Of a stretch of 64,000 nt of DNA, positions 52,389 through 64,000 are shown in pieces (the stretch's first letter is position 1; each line of letters starts with the position of its first letter). The stretch is taken from assembly GCF_000143415.4 (NCBI RefSeq), contig NW_003314312.1:1319166-1383165 (forward strand). Direction: 5' to 3'. Position numbers and translations under genes: made by a program. The notes under the pieces were generated by a model. That model made no database searches and was not told where the DNA came from. It worked only from the letters and a program-made list of their open reading frames with translations. This DNA comes from Selaginella moellendorffii. Taxonomy: Eukaryota; Plantae; Lycopodiophyta.

Positions 52389-52868
52389 GATTCCTGGATT
52401 GCTTGCACAGACTTGTGACTTTGATCCCGAGACGGCTGCTTAAATACATTCCTGGCCAGCTTGACTGACGCCCAAATGTGACATCCACGAAAGCGCTTAG
52501 AGAAGATTCTGAAACATTCGGTCAATTTGGAATGGTGGTTGATTACAAGGTATTATCAATCAATAACCATGACGATCCATTGCTCAAACAACACGTCGAC
52601 TGACGTACATAATGTCCATGCATGACCTTTGTTCACCGCGCAAACGCCACTTTGATATCTCAGCGTGTGAAAAGTCGCCTGGGCGCCATTGCTCGAATTT
52701 TCAGCCTCTAAAGAACATGTCAATGTCAAACCCAGCGAGCGAATGAAAACCGTGATATATAAATGGTTCCTTGTGGTGCCAAAGTCATTGACAAAGCTAC
52801 ATCTCGAGATCGATCAGCAAAAGAAAGCATGGCTCTTTTTCTCCCAGCCCTGTAAAGGTTCTTCAAGG
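52389..52868. promoter_or_regulatory. candidate bidirectional promoter between the SDR and the FAD oxidase
   Basis: 480 bp between divergent ATGs; TTGACT 52461, TGACG 52466/52570/52601, GGTCAA 52520, TATATAAA 52756. Confidence 0.45.
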
Positions 52869-55800
52869 ATGATAGCGATACTATCGATATTCTTGGTCGT
52901 TCTATTTGCTCCCGGCCATGTCCACCCCAAGTGTATAGCGGGCGAGCTGTGCTGGCCAGACGCACAGACCTGGGCATCCTTCAATCGCTCCGTGGGAGGA
53001 AGAATGATCAGCGTGGCCCCTCCAGCATCGCCATGCCATGATCCAAACTACGATGAGCGAGCCTGCAATGCTGTGAGGAGCGGCTGGAACAGTCCGTTCT
53101 GGAGGACCGATCAACCGGGTGCGCTGCAACGGACGAGCTGGGAATTGTTTGGGGAGCAGCGCTGCCTGATCTCCTCCAACAGGACCGCCGCTTACTTCCA
53201 GGGTGCGGTCCCGGTCTACGCGATCAACGTTACTCGGGCGGCCCACGTCCAAGAGGCCGTCAAGTTTGCGTCCCGGCACGACTTGTGCATCGTGATAAAA
53301 AACATGGGGCATGACTTCCTCGGGTGGAGCACGGCGGTGGGAGCTCTCAGCATTTGGGTGCACCACCTCCAGAAGATCCAGTTCCACAAGAGCTTCAAAT
53401 GCGGCCGTGGTAGTGACCGTGGCTACTCAGCAGTGACGGTGGGAGCTGGAATTCAGTGGGAGGAGCTCTATTGGCAAGCGTATCAATGAAAGATGATCCT
53501 GGCTGGCGGGGGATGTTCCTCGGCTGGAGCAGCTGGCAGATACCCTCAAGGTGGCGGCCAAAGTTTCCTTTCCCCGCTAATCGGCTTGAGCGCTAGTACG
53601 AGGTGGTAACTGCGGATGGTAGGCTTGTCAAAGCAAATGCGTGCCAAAACACGGACTTGTTCTGGGCTCTCCGGGGTGGCGGCGGAGGAACATTCGGAGT
53701 TGTGCTCTCAGCAACGCACAGGACTTTTCCAGCTCTTGACAGCCTTGTCTTCGCTCCTCACAACTTCAGTGCCCCTGATACCACCACCTTTCAGGGGCTC
53801 ACTCTGTTTACGAGGTTGAATCCCTCTCTCTTCGATGCCGGCTGGTCCGGTTACAAAGAGTTTGTTATGCTCTCTGCTACATCTTTGAAGCAGGCTTGTT
53901 GTAATGGACAAGCCTGCTTCAAAGATGTTGCAGAGAGCCAAACTCTTTGTAAGCTGAGAATGACGCAAAGTGTTGCCGCATGCTCTCACTATGTAAGCCA
54001 TCAATGAAGTAGGACTTGTTCTGATCTAGATCTTTCGTTGGAACATGACTAATCAAGCAAGTAAGCTTCTCAATATAGTCCCCAAGTATCATTTTCCCTT
54101 GTTGGAAATGTCGAAGTTTTGTACGAGCATTCTCCATGTCATAATGAGGGGCAAAATGTAAACGGAAAGTAGCCTCAAACTCATCCATGGTAGACACTGG
54201 TGGTTTTTTATCCGCAATACGAGACTCCTCAAGCCAATTCCATCATCAAAGACCCACATCATGCAAAACCATTGGAATAGCCACTAAAGCCCCTGCATTT
54301 GGAGTTTCCCTAGCAGCCAAGAACTTCTTCACATTGGCTAGCCAAGCAAGACACTTGTCCACACCACCATCACTGAAAAAAGTTGAAATCTTGAGTCAAT
54401 CTACCAAAGAAGGCTTACTTGGAGTACTACCTCATCTAGCCTCGAGTGCCTCAACACGCCCACGCATGGTACCCATCATGCCATGCATCTCGTCTTGCAT
54501 CTCTTGCTGATTTCGATTAAAGGCTCGCAACTCGTGAAACTCATCCAAATCTCCACAGCTTCATCGGCACCATCGCTGGCACCACCATCGACAATAGGAT
54601 TCCAGCGTTCAGCTTGGTCGGCCATCGCAATCAACTCCTTTGATACCAATGTTATTGGAGCCAAGGACACAGCCAATTTACTGGCGTCTATTTTGGTTAA
54701 ATTATGCGGAGGAGCAAGAAGTTCAATGACAAGTCAAGGAATTACTTGAGTTTGGATTTATTCAGCCAAATAAATCCCTGTTTGGTGCTCCGGTCTTGCT
54801 TGTGAAAAAGGAGGACAGTTCAATGCGGATGTGTATTGACTACTGCCCCTTGAACAAGAAGACAGTGAAGGATAAGATGCCGATGCCACATGTGGATGAT
54901 ATTCTGGACAAGCTTGGTGAAGCAAGAGTGTTTACCAAGATTGATTTGAGGAGTGGATATCATCAGATTGCAATGGATGATGCATTTATCTCCAAGACGG
55001 CATTCGTTGTTACGAAAGAATGTGCCATTCAAGTGAAAGCAGCCACAAGAGGAGAGTTTTGTGGTGCTGAAATGATTGTTGAGCGAGACTCCAGTGCTTT
55101 GCATTGTTGATCCATTAAAACCTTACGAGGTGACATGCGATGCGAGTGGTTATGCATTAGGAGGAGTTCTCATGCAAGAGTTGCATATGAGAGTTAAACT
55201 TTGAATTCTGCGGAGCAACACTATTCCATATATAAGCAAGAGTTATTCTCTATTGTTCATGCTTTGCAGACATGGCGGCACTATCTTTATGGTGCAGTGA
55301 TGGTGGTGTTGACAAATCACAAACCACTTGTGTATCTTTTCACACAGAAGGAGTTGAACACTAGGCAAGCTCGTTGGATGGTTAAACTCATGGAGTTTGG
55401 GGAGTTTTCTATTGAGCATCGTCCAGGAAAATCAAATGTGGTGGCAAATGCTTTATCTTGTGTTTGTCATGTGATGATGTTACAAACAGGATTTTGTCAT
55501 CATTTGAGTAAGGTGGTCAGCAAGTTTAGGCAGTTGATTGAGCATGCTCAGGCTCAGGATGCTGAGGTGGCCTCTTTACGAGAAGAGATGGAAGCCCCTT
55601 TCTCGTTGGTGGATGGGATTCTCTACTACAATGGCCGTATATATTTGCCACGGGTGGATGCATTAATTACTTAAGTTTTATTCCACTATTATGATCGTCC
55701 AGAGGCCGGTCATTTTGGGGGGAAGAAGACGTATGAGCGCAACTTTTATTGGAGGAATAGGAAGGCTGATATCCTCAAGTATTGTAAATCATGCGAGCTT

Positions 55801-57563
55801 TGTCAGTGGGTTAAGGTGCCACGGGAGAAGCTGGGGGGACTTTTGCAACCTTTACCTATTTTTCAGAGTCATTGGTGTAGTATCTCTATGGATTTCATCA
55901 CTTATTTGCCATGAACATAAAGGCAAAAGAAGCAAGTATGGGTTATAATGGATCGGTTGATGAAGTATGTGCGGTTGTTGGCTCTTCGGAATACTGACAC
56001 TTCCTCAGACTTGGCTACAGTTTACTTGGAGAAGGTTTTTCCTGATTTTGGTTTGCCAGAGGACATCATTAGTGATCGAAATTCAAAGTTCACCAGTGGA
56101 TTTTGGAAAAGCTTTGCATAGGCTATGCAACTGACTTTGAAACTCTCGAGTGGAGATCATCCTCAGACGGATGGGCAAACTGAGCATGTGAATCAGGTGG
56201 TGGAGGATATGCTACGTTGTAGCATTGGTCAAAGGCAAGGACAACAGGATTTATATCTTCCGTTGGTGCAATTTGCTTACAACAATAGCCAACACAGTGG
56301 AACCAAACTAAGTCCTTACTTTGCCATGTTTGGAAGGCATCCTCGAACAGTAGTGGAGTTGGGATTGCATTTGAGTAAGGATGTTCAAGATAAGCTTGAT
56401 TCCTAGGCAACTGATCTAGCCACAAAACTTGATGAGATTCTAGTGGTGTGCAAACAAAATTTACAAGTAGCTCAGGATAGAGTGGAGAAGTTTGCCAATG
56501 AGCATCGCCAATTCCGGGAATATAAGGTAGGTGATTTCGTCTTTGTGCGAGTGATCTTTCCATCAAGTGAGCAGCAGAACACCTTGGTGCCTTTATGGAC
56601 AGGGAAGAGTGATAAACTTTCCTATCGATATGCTGGTCCATATGAAAAGCGGCTTATCAGGTGTGGCTGCCAGCTGGGGTGAAAATTCATCCGATATTTT
56701 ATATCAGCCAGTGTAAATGTGTACTATCTCAGAGTGACGGGCCCAATGCCTCCTTGATGTATATGGCTGTGGAAGATAGACTAAGAGCTTGAGTAGAGTT
56801 CCCTCAAAAGGGTGATCACCAATAAAATTTGTCCTTGGGACAAGGACTTTGTTGGGGGGGGGGAGAATTGTTAGGCGCCAACTTTGACCACATGGTTAAT
56901 GTCAGTCAAAGAGAGGCTCAAGGATATATTAAGGGTGAGGGACTTAACCTACCCTAGGGCTCACAAGGGAGCGGCGGTGCAACGGAGCTTTTGAGGTAGC
57001 TTCAAGTGAGGAACCTCAAGAGGTGGCGTAGCATAGTCTAGGGCAACTAAATCTTTGTCTTTTTGAGCTGGATCATAACATGCTTGGGCCTCAACAACTT
57101 GGGAGTCTTGGATGTCTTCGCAACGAGGCTGATCCCGAGATCACTCTTCAACCACGAACAAGACCTCCTCCCAAAGGCCATGATGCGTGTCATGACCGAG
57201 CTGCAAGTTCTAGCTACATATGCAATCCTAGGGAGCGGAAAAGTGCGAGAACCCCAAGACAGCACTGTGAATCCAGCATATCGCGACGGACTGTGGCTGC
57301 TCGTATTGCCCCTGACTTGGTGGGACAATGCGACAGTGGCGGAGATGAGGGCTGCTGCGAATCTAGTGTTGCAGGCGAACAAGCTCTTCATCAATCTCAC
57401 GCCAGGCTCCGGGACTTACGTGAACGAGGCCGATTACAACGAGCCCAATTGGCAGCAATCCTTCTTTGGGAAGAACTATCCTCGCCTGTACCACATCAAG
57501 AGCATGGTCGATCCTACCAATCTCTTTACGTGCCATCACTGTGTGGGTAGCGAATTCAACTGA
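52869..57563 (+). pseudogene. secreted FAD-linked oxidoreductase (BBE/VAO family, fungal-type), split by a retrotransposon: 5' part 52869-53853, 3' part 57081-57563
   Basis: Signal peptide, C...CWP...W..FN.SV.GR, GHDFLG(W)[19 protein letters not shown]-terminal YVNEAD...FFGKNYPRL..IK..VDP.NLF; TGA at 53487, small deletions, no introns. Confidence 0.88.
53854..57080 (+). mobile_element. rearranged gypsy family A element inside the FAD oxidase: inverted gag/PBS piece (~53940-54655), deleted pol, PPT and 3' LTR (56869-57080)
   Basis: Sequence identity to 33784-36322 and 20207-23096. Confidence 0.88.
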
Positions 57564-57609
57564 GAATCCAGTGAAAAACATAGCGATTCCATACAAATGT
57601 TGAAATGTT

Positions 57610-59126
57610 ACAGTAGCGATTCCTTGGTTTCGTTCTTGGGCTCTGGATTGCCACTCTAGCAGCTGCCAAGACGGTGAAGTGAGACGGTGAGTCGATCCTG
57701 TCCACCTGCATTTTTGAGGGATTAAGCAACGATCTTGCCAATTCCAGTCAAGGCCAGCTGGAGGATGGAAGGTTATGTATGATTGGAATGGGGAGGATAC
57801 CTGTGGGGATGGAGACACGGCATTGTGGCCGGAATCACTTGTTCCTCCCCAAATGACAATGGCTATCAAGTGGTCACGGAATTGTGAGTTTTAATACCTC
57901 TTATCACTTTGATCGTCACTTTCTTCTTTCTTTCCAGGGAGCTCTTTCAAGTGTCGATCATTGGAATGTTCCCGATCGGTGTCACAAATTTTCTGGATCT
58001 CAGGAAACTGTGGGTTGGTGTGTGTTGGTTTTCGTTTACTGAGTTCTTGCGTTCTTCTCTGGAAGGGACTTGCATGGCAACAAACTCACCGGACTGATTC
58101 CTCCTCAAATAGGACAGACGCTTGTAACCCTGTAATGTTATTGCTAGCGGTCTGGCCGAAAAATTCTCGACTTATTTTGATTTTTTCTTTGCAGGAACTT
58201 GAGATGGAACAAGCTGCAAGACGCCATACTTGTTGAGATTGGGCAGCTGAAGAAACTACAAAACTTGTGAGTAGAGTTTCGCTTCTGTTCTAAGTTCTTT
58301 CTTTCATCGTTTCTTCTGTCAGGTTTTAAGATTTAACAGCCTTAGAGGACCTATACCGAAGGAGCTCACGTATCTGCAGGAGCTTCGATACGTCCATCTT
58401 CACGAGAACAAGCTTATCGGCCGGATCCCTCCGGAGTTTGGAGAACTTCCTTATCTCCGACAATTGTAAGCTTCAGTTTCATCCATACAGACATATTTTC
58501 TTATATTATTCTCTCGCAGGGATGTCAGCAACAATCATCTTGTGGGAACCATCAGAGAACTGCTAAGAAGCGAACAGAATCGTGCTAGAGATGCATTTCC
58601 ATCTCTCCGAATTTTGTAAGCTTTCCTTCTTTTGTGCTTGGAGTCTTAAGCTCGACGTCCCCACAAGTACCTAAACAACAATTACCTCACCGGAGGAATA
58701 CCAGCAGAACTTTCGTACTTGCGCAATCTAGAAATCCTGTAAGCTCGACGCTAGAGTTGTCCTCGCCTGCTGATTCCCCCCGTGGCTATGCAGGTACTTG
58801 TCTTACAACAAACTTACAGGTCCGGTACCGGACGCAATCGCAAGCATCCCGAAGCTAACCTACCTGTGAATTTTTCTCACGCAAAAGCTCGTTTTTCTCG
58901 TAGATACCTGGATCACAATGCTTTGAATGGCCGACTGTCGTCAGCCTTCTACAGCCATCCGAGCCTGAAAGAGATGTACGTTGGCTCTTTTGCTTGATCA
59001 TCGATGTAGTAATATCCAAGCGTTTCTTTTTCCAGGTATATTGAAGGGAACCAATTCAGCTCTTCCGCCAAACCAGTTGGTATACACAGGACAATGGAAG
59101 TATCCGATGCCGACTTCATTTTTTAG
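57610..59126 (+). pseudogene. multi-exon extracellular LRR protein (At1g13910/At5g61240-like), probably disrupted
   Basis: KTVK*D, GWKVMYDWNGEDTCGDG, LRWNKLQDAI..EIGQLKKL, LHENKLIGRIPPEFG, LDHNALNG...FYSHPSLKEMYIEGNQF, ends EVSDADFIF*; stop at ~57680 and frameshifts. Confidence 0.75.
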
Positions 59127-59149
59127 AAGGAAAGAGTTTTATTCATGCA

Positions 59150-59421
59150 GTTTCTGGTCCACGATTACGCTAGAAGTTGCCAAGGAGAGATTCAGGGAGA
59201 TCAGGGAGAATATTACTTTTTCACGTGCTAGTGAGTTCGATTCCCGGTACCAGTCACTTTTCAGCCGTGAAGCGTTTCATGCTGTTATTGTGGTTTGTCT
59301 GAGACTGCAGAATGCATCCCTGGACAATCTATCATGCATGAGAAAAGCGTACATGGAATATGAGGAGATTAAGGATGCTAGCCAGCTTCTTAGAAGGATG
59401 CCTGAAATGATTCCAGCATAA
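59150..59421 (+). pseudogene. possible PPR gene fragment
   Basis: AYMEYEEIKDASQLLRRMPE resembles a PLS-type PPR motif; short and isolated. Confidence 0.3.
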
Positions 59422-59577
59422 TGCGAGCCGTGATTTCATTGATGTAGTCATGGTACTCTCGATACCGTACTATTACAAACAACTTATAGATTTTGTTGGC
59501 ATGGATGAAAATTTCCACAAAAGTATGGTGATCCTGCAGCAATTTCAACTCTCTTTGAGTTTACACTGAAAACACCA

Positions 59578-60250
59578 ATGACCCTTGCAGGATTTGTGTA
59601 CTGCTTAACTTGCTTGATCGTTGTATTGTCGTCTCTGGGTGTTGCTATTGATCCGTTTGAGACGGTGATTCCCGACTGGGTCGATTTGTTTCATTTCCCG
59701 CGACCTTCACTTCGGGTAGCTTACGGATCGCAGAACGTGACCGAAAGGCAGTTTTCGCCGGCTGAAGTTCTTCTGCAGCCCAAGGTGAGCATCACGAATG
59801 CTGGGAATAGAGACCTTTTTACGCTTGTAATGGTATCCTCCCGGTCCACAAATTCCCATCTTGAGGAACATTCTGCACTGGATTGTAGTTAATATCCCAG
59901 CTCAATCTACCAGTAAGCTCTTATTCCAAAAGAAATCAGGACCGCTTGAGTACATTTATAATGAATTTGCAGATGCATCAGAGCAAGGAGACCATCTTGC
60001 CCCTTACTTATCTCCTACACCAGTTCAGGGAGTCCACCGTTATTATTTTCTTCTCTTCAGACAGGTGAGAAAGACTTTGAGGAGTCCTCACATGACTTGA
60101 ACATTGTGATTGCAGAAGAAACAAATTCATGCTGGAAGTCTGGCTGGAAGTCTTATCAGGACTCTCTTCAGTGTCCGTGTGTTCACAGAGAATTATGATT
60201 TGGGTTATCCTGTAGATGGAGTCTTCTTCACCTCCAGAGTGATTATATAA
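59578..60250 (+). pseudogene. PEBP (FT/TFL1/MFT-family) gene with an N-terminal hydrophobic leader; frameshifting deletion at the DPD motif
   Basis: VIPDWVD, LRVAYG, FTLVM, (D)PPGP..P.LRNILHWIVVNIP, PTPVQGVHRYYFLLFRQ, FSVRVFTENYDLGYPV; introns after 59912 and 60064. Confidence 0.8.
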
Positions 60251-60881
60251 CTGATGAACTCGTATGAATAAATTGAGTAGACATGATCCCAATATCCTCT
60301 CCTCCATTGCAAGCATATATGACTTTCCATCCTCCACCTACCTTGAGTCATAAGATCGTCACTTAAAGTTAACTATATCAAGAATGTGGGTGGAAATTAT
60401 CAGCTCACGCTCGCTTCACCATAGCACCCAGATTGAAATTTTTTCTTTCTTTTATTTATTGTGTTTCAGAATATTCTCAGAATATTATTAATGTATGGCT
60501 GGGAAAAATTTAATAATTTCTTCTTCCTATGGATTCCCGTGAATGATCTCCTTGTCGTGAGTGTCTGGGAGGATCCAAGTTGTACATGCATACTCCACGT
60601 TCAAGAGTGAGCCTGGAAATTGCTGAAGAAGGGCGTGTTGTTACCAGTTCAGCTGCGGCTATCGACCTTGTTGAGTCGGAGAGGGTCGGTCTTGGGATTA
60701 GCGAGGATGAATTGGTTTGGTTCCTTAAAGTCTTTCCACTTAGGTCTCTCCTCGAGCAGCTTACCACACTAATAGCAAGGTATATACTATAGTCTAAGCA
60801 TTCTCACACGGGAATGCCTAGAAACTCTCAGCTTGCTTACACCACAAGCTGCTAGAATTTTATGAGAAAGGTGGTACAAGA

Positions 60882-61154
60882 TTGATCACAAGGATAAAGT
60901 ACATCAGTGCCATGGCTAAGGATTTTATTGTTGTGACTGAGTCATCAAAGGGTATGAGCTACACTATCAGAATCTACGAAAATCCATCTTGTACCTATTC
61001 AGATTTTACACAAAAGGAGAACAGAGGAAAGGTATATTTAGCCTGCAAGCATATCTATTACATTTTTATGCAGAAACCAAACCAAGATCCTAAGATCAAC
61101 CATCACATCCACCAGACAAGCCTTACAATTGCAGAGTTTGATAAGTGTTTCTAG
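60882..61154 (+). mobile_element. SWIM zinc-finger fragment (Mutator-like transposase C-terminus)
   Basis: YTIRIYENPSCTYSDF...ACKHIYYIF, homologous to 1738-2030. Confidence 0.6.
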
Positions 61155-61329
61155 ATTACTTTTAGTGTTCAGATTTATATTTATATTTGTATTTTTTTGG
61201 TTGAATTTACTTGGAAATATAAATTAAATCAAAATTTGAAAAATGAAAAGATGTTGGTTTGGGACAAACCAATGTTTTTCTTGTGTTTGAGAAGCCATGA
61301 GCTCATGAGCTCAAAACCTACCCAGGCTC

Positions 61330-62089
61330 TATGGGTGGTAGACTCCTTGACTTAGTATCTATGGTTAACAATGAATCTTGCTCACCAGAAAAAGTAATAT
61401 AATAATCTAGCTTGTGTAGAAGGCATGAAAAATGTTTGCAGACCCTAGGCACTATATAGAAGATTGCTGGTTGTTGTCTTTGACTAGAATGAGTGCAAAC
61501 CAACATAAAGTGTCCAATATGCAATAAATGCTAAATCTTGGAAAATGCAATGCACTAAAGAACTTCAATTCGTATGAGAAGAAAGTACCCAAATGGGATA
61601 GCCCCAAATAAAAGAGTATCCTAATGTATACTTCCCCTGCTAATTCCTCATAAAAAAAAAAGAAATCTAGCAAAAAAAGGGGGAAAAGACACAAAAGATG
61701 TTATGGAAATCACTTGGTAGGGATGTCACTCAAAAAAAATGGAGAAAAGAAAAGAAAAGAAATCAAACTCCAACACTCAAAACAAAATGCTTCAAGGGAA
61801 ATACATTTTCATAGAAATCTCTTGACTTTGCCCACTAAACTGAGTGTCATTGAAAAGACTAGACTCAAACAAGAAAAAAAGACAAAAATTATGGGCTAAG
61901 ATGTCAAAATATCTAAGAAAAATCAAGTCAAACATCAAATTCTAAGCAAAGAGAAGGAGAATGGGGTGGAACTCTATACTCAAGCCTCTCATAAGCTTAT
62001 ATACAAGGATGAAAGAATATTCTAAGGACATGGAATATTTTATATCTAAACTGTGACGCGAGGAGAAAGTAGTGAACCACAACAGTATG
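61330..62089. repeat. direct repeat of 10060-11388
   Basis: Collinear blocks with indels; both end in cacaacagtatg. Confidence 0.75.
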
Positions 62090-64000
62090 TGTTATGATCC
62101 AGCACAAAAAGACAGAAATCTAATTGCCCTAGACTATGCTACGCCACCTCTTGAGGTTCCTCACCACCCAACCACCCCCAAGCTACCTCAAAAGTTCCAT
62201 TGCGCCGCCGTTCCACTATGAACCCTAGGGTAGGTTAAGTCCCTTACCCTAACATGCTTTAATATACCCTTGAGCCTCCCTTTGACCGATGTTGACCACG
62301 TAGTCAAAGCTGGCACCTAACAATTCGTCCCCCCTCAACAAAGTTCTTGTCCCAAGGACGAGTTGTACCGGTGATCACCCTTTCTGGGGAACTCTGCTCA
62401 AGCTCTTGGTCCATCTTCCACAGCCGTATACATCAAGGAGGCATTGGGCCCATCACTCTGAGATAGTACACCTTTCAACTGGCTGACATAAAATACCGGA
62501 TGAATTTTCACCCCAGCTGGCAGCCGCACCCAATGAGCCGCTTTACCAATGCGCTCCAGCACTTCATATGGACCAGCATATTGATGGGAAAGTTTATCAC
62601 TCTTCCCTGTCTGTAAAGGCACCAAGGTGTTTTGCTGCTCACTTGACGGAAAGATCACTCACACAAAGATGAGATCGCCCACCTTATATTCCCGGAATTG
62701 GCGATGCTCATTGGCAAACTTCTCCGCTCTATCCTGAGCTGCTTGCAAATTCCGTTTGTACACCACCAAGATCTCATCAAGTTCTGTGGCCAGATCAGTT
62801 GCCTCGGAATCAAGCTTATCTTGAACGTCCTTACTCAAATGCAATCCCAACTCCATTGCTGTTCGAGGATGCCTTCCAAACATGGCAAAGTAAGGACTTA
62901 GTTTGGTTCCACTGTGTTGGCTATTGTTGTAAGCAAATTGCACCAACGGAAGATATAAATCCCACTATCCTTGCCTTTGACCAATGCTACAACGTAGCAT
63001 ATCCTCCACCACCTGATTCACACGCTCGGTTTGCCCATCTGTCTGAGGATGATCTCCACTCGAGAGTTTCAAAGTCACTTGCATAGCCTTTGCAAAGCTT
63101 TTCCAAAATCCACTGGTGAACTTTGAATTTCGATCACTAATGATGTCCTCTGGCAAACCAAAATCAGGAAAAACCTTCTCCAAGTAAACCGCAGCCAAGT
63201 CTGAGGCAGTGTCAGTATTCCGAAGAGCCAACAACCGCACATACTTCATCAACCGATCCACTATGACCCATACTTGCTCCTTTTGCCTCTGTGTTCGTGG
63301 CAAATAAGTGATGAAGTCCATAGAGATACTACACCAACGGCTCTGAGGAATAGGTAAAGGTTGCAAAAGTCCCCCCGGCTTCTCCCGTGGCACCTTAACC
63401 CGCTGACAAAGCTCGCATGATTTACAATACTTAAGGATATCAGCCTTCATATTCCTCCAATAAAAGTTGCACTTAATCAACTCATACGTCTTCTTCCCCC
63501 CAAAATGACCGGCCTTTGGACGATCATGATAGTGGAATAAAACTTGAGTAATTAATGCATCCACCCGTGGCAAATATACACAGCCATTGTAGTAGAGAAT
63601 CCCATCCACCAATGAGAAAGGAGCTTCCATCTGGTCTCGCAAAGAGGCCACCTCAGCATCCTGAGCCTGAGCATGCTCACCCAACTGTCCAAACTTGCTG
63701 ACCACCTTACTCAAATGATGACAAAAGCGTGTTTGTAACGTCGTCACATGACGAACACGAGATAAAGCATCTGCCACCACATTCGATTTTCCCGGACGAT
63801 GCTCAATAGAAAACTCCCCAAACTCCATGAGTTTGACCATCCAACAAGCTTGCTGAGTGTTCAACTCCTTCTGTGTGAAAAGATACACAAGTGGTTTGTG
63901 ATCTGTCAACACTACGAACACTGCACCATAAAGATAATGCCACCACATCCGTAAAGCATGAACAATAGAGAGTAACTCCTGCTCATATGTGGAATAGCAT
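62090..64000 (-). mobile_element. gypsy family A element 3' end: RNase H/integrase, PPT and 3' LTR (62090-62322); continues beyond the window
   Basis: Integrase motifs as at 20331-22349; LTR matches 22863-23096. Confidence 0.92.

Noticed and set aside
52689-52868. 60 aa N-terminal extension of the FAD oxidase ORF
   Set aside because: Starts at TTG and spans the TATA box; the signal peptide begins at ATG 52869
58981-59421. 146 aa ORF as a separate gene
   Set aside because: Begins in an LRR intron, overlaps the last LRR exon out of frame, then runs into a PPR-like scrap

Overview
This is eukaryotic (plant) genomic DNA, most likely from a lycophyte such as Selaginella. That is an inference from very short 50-90 bp GT-AG introns, microbial-type terpene synthase genes and compact gene spacing. 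About half of the window is nested, decayed Ty3/gypsy, Ty1/copia and Mutator-like elements. Embedded among them is what looks like a duplicated and partly decayed specialised-metabolite gene cluster: microbial terpene synthase-like (MTPSL) genes, three CYP71-clan P450 types (called A, B and C here), TIC32/RDH-like short-chain dehydrogenases (SDR) and an intronless fungal-type FAD-linked (BBE/VAO-family) oxidase. Remnants show the cluster was present twice and lost genes reciprocally. The left copy keeps an intact P450-C (15333-16906). The right copy keeps a full-length P450-B (43147-44690) and an intact SDR (51001-52388). Both MTPSLs, both P450-As and the FAD oxidase are disrupted. Other highlights are a base-precise 13,577 bp inversion (20207-33783) that cuts two retrotransposons and is supported by a split target-site duplication, a decayed beta-class N4/N6 DNA methyltransferase-like sequence absent from the ORF track, and a PEBP (FT/MFT-family) gene with an apparent signal peptide. 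All calls are from manual reading; no searches were run.
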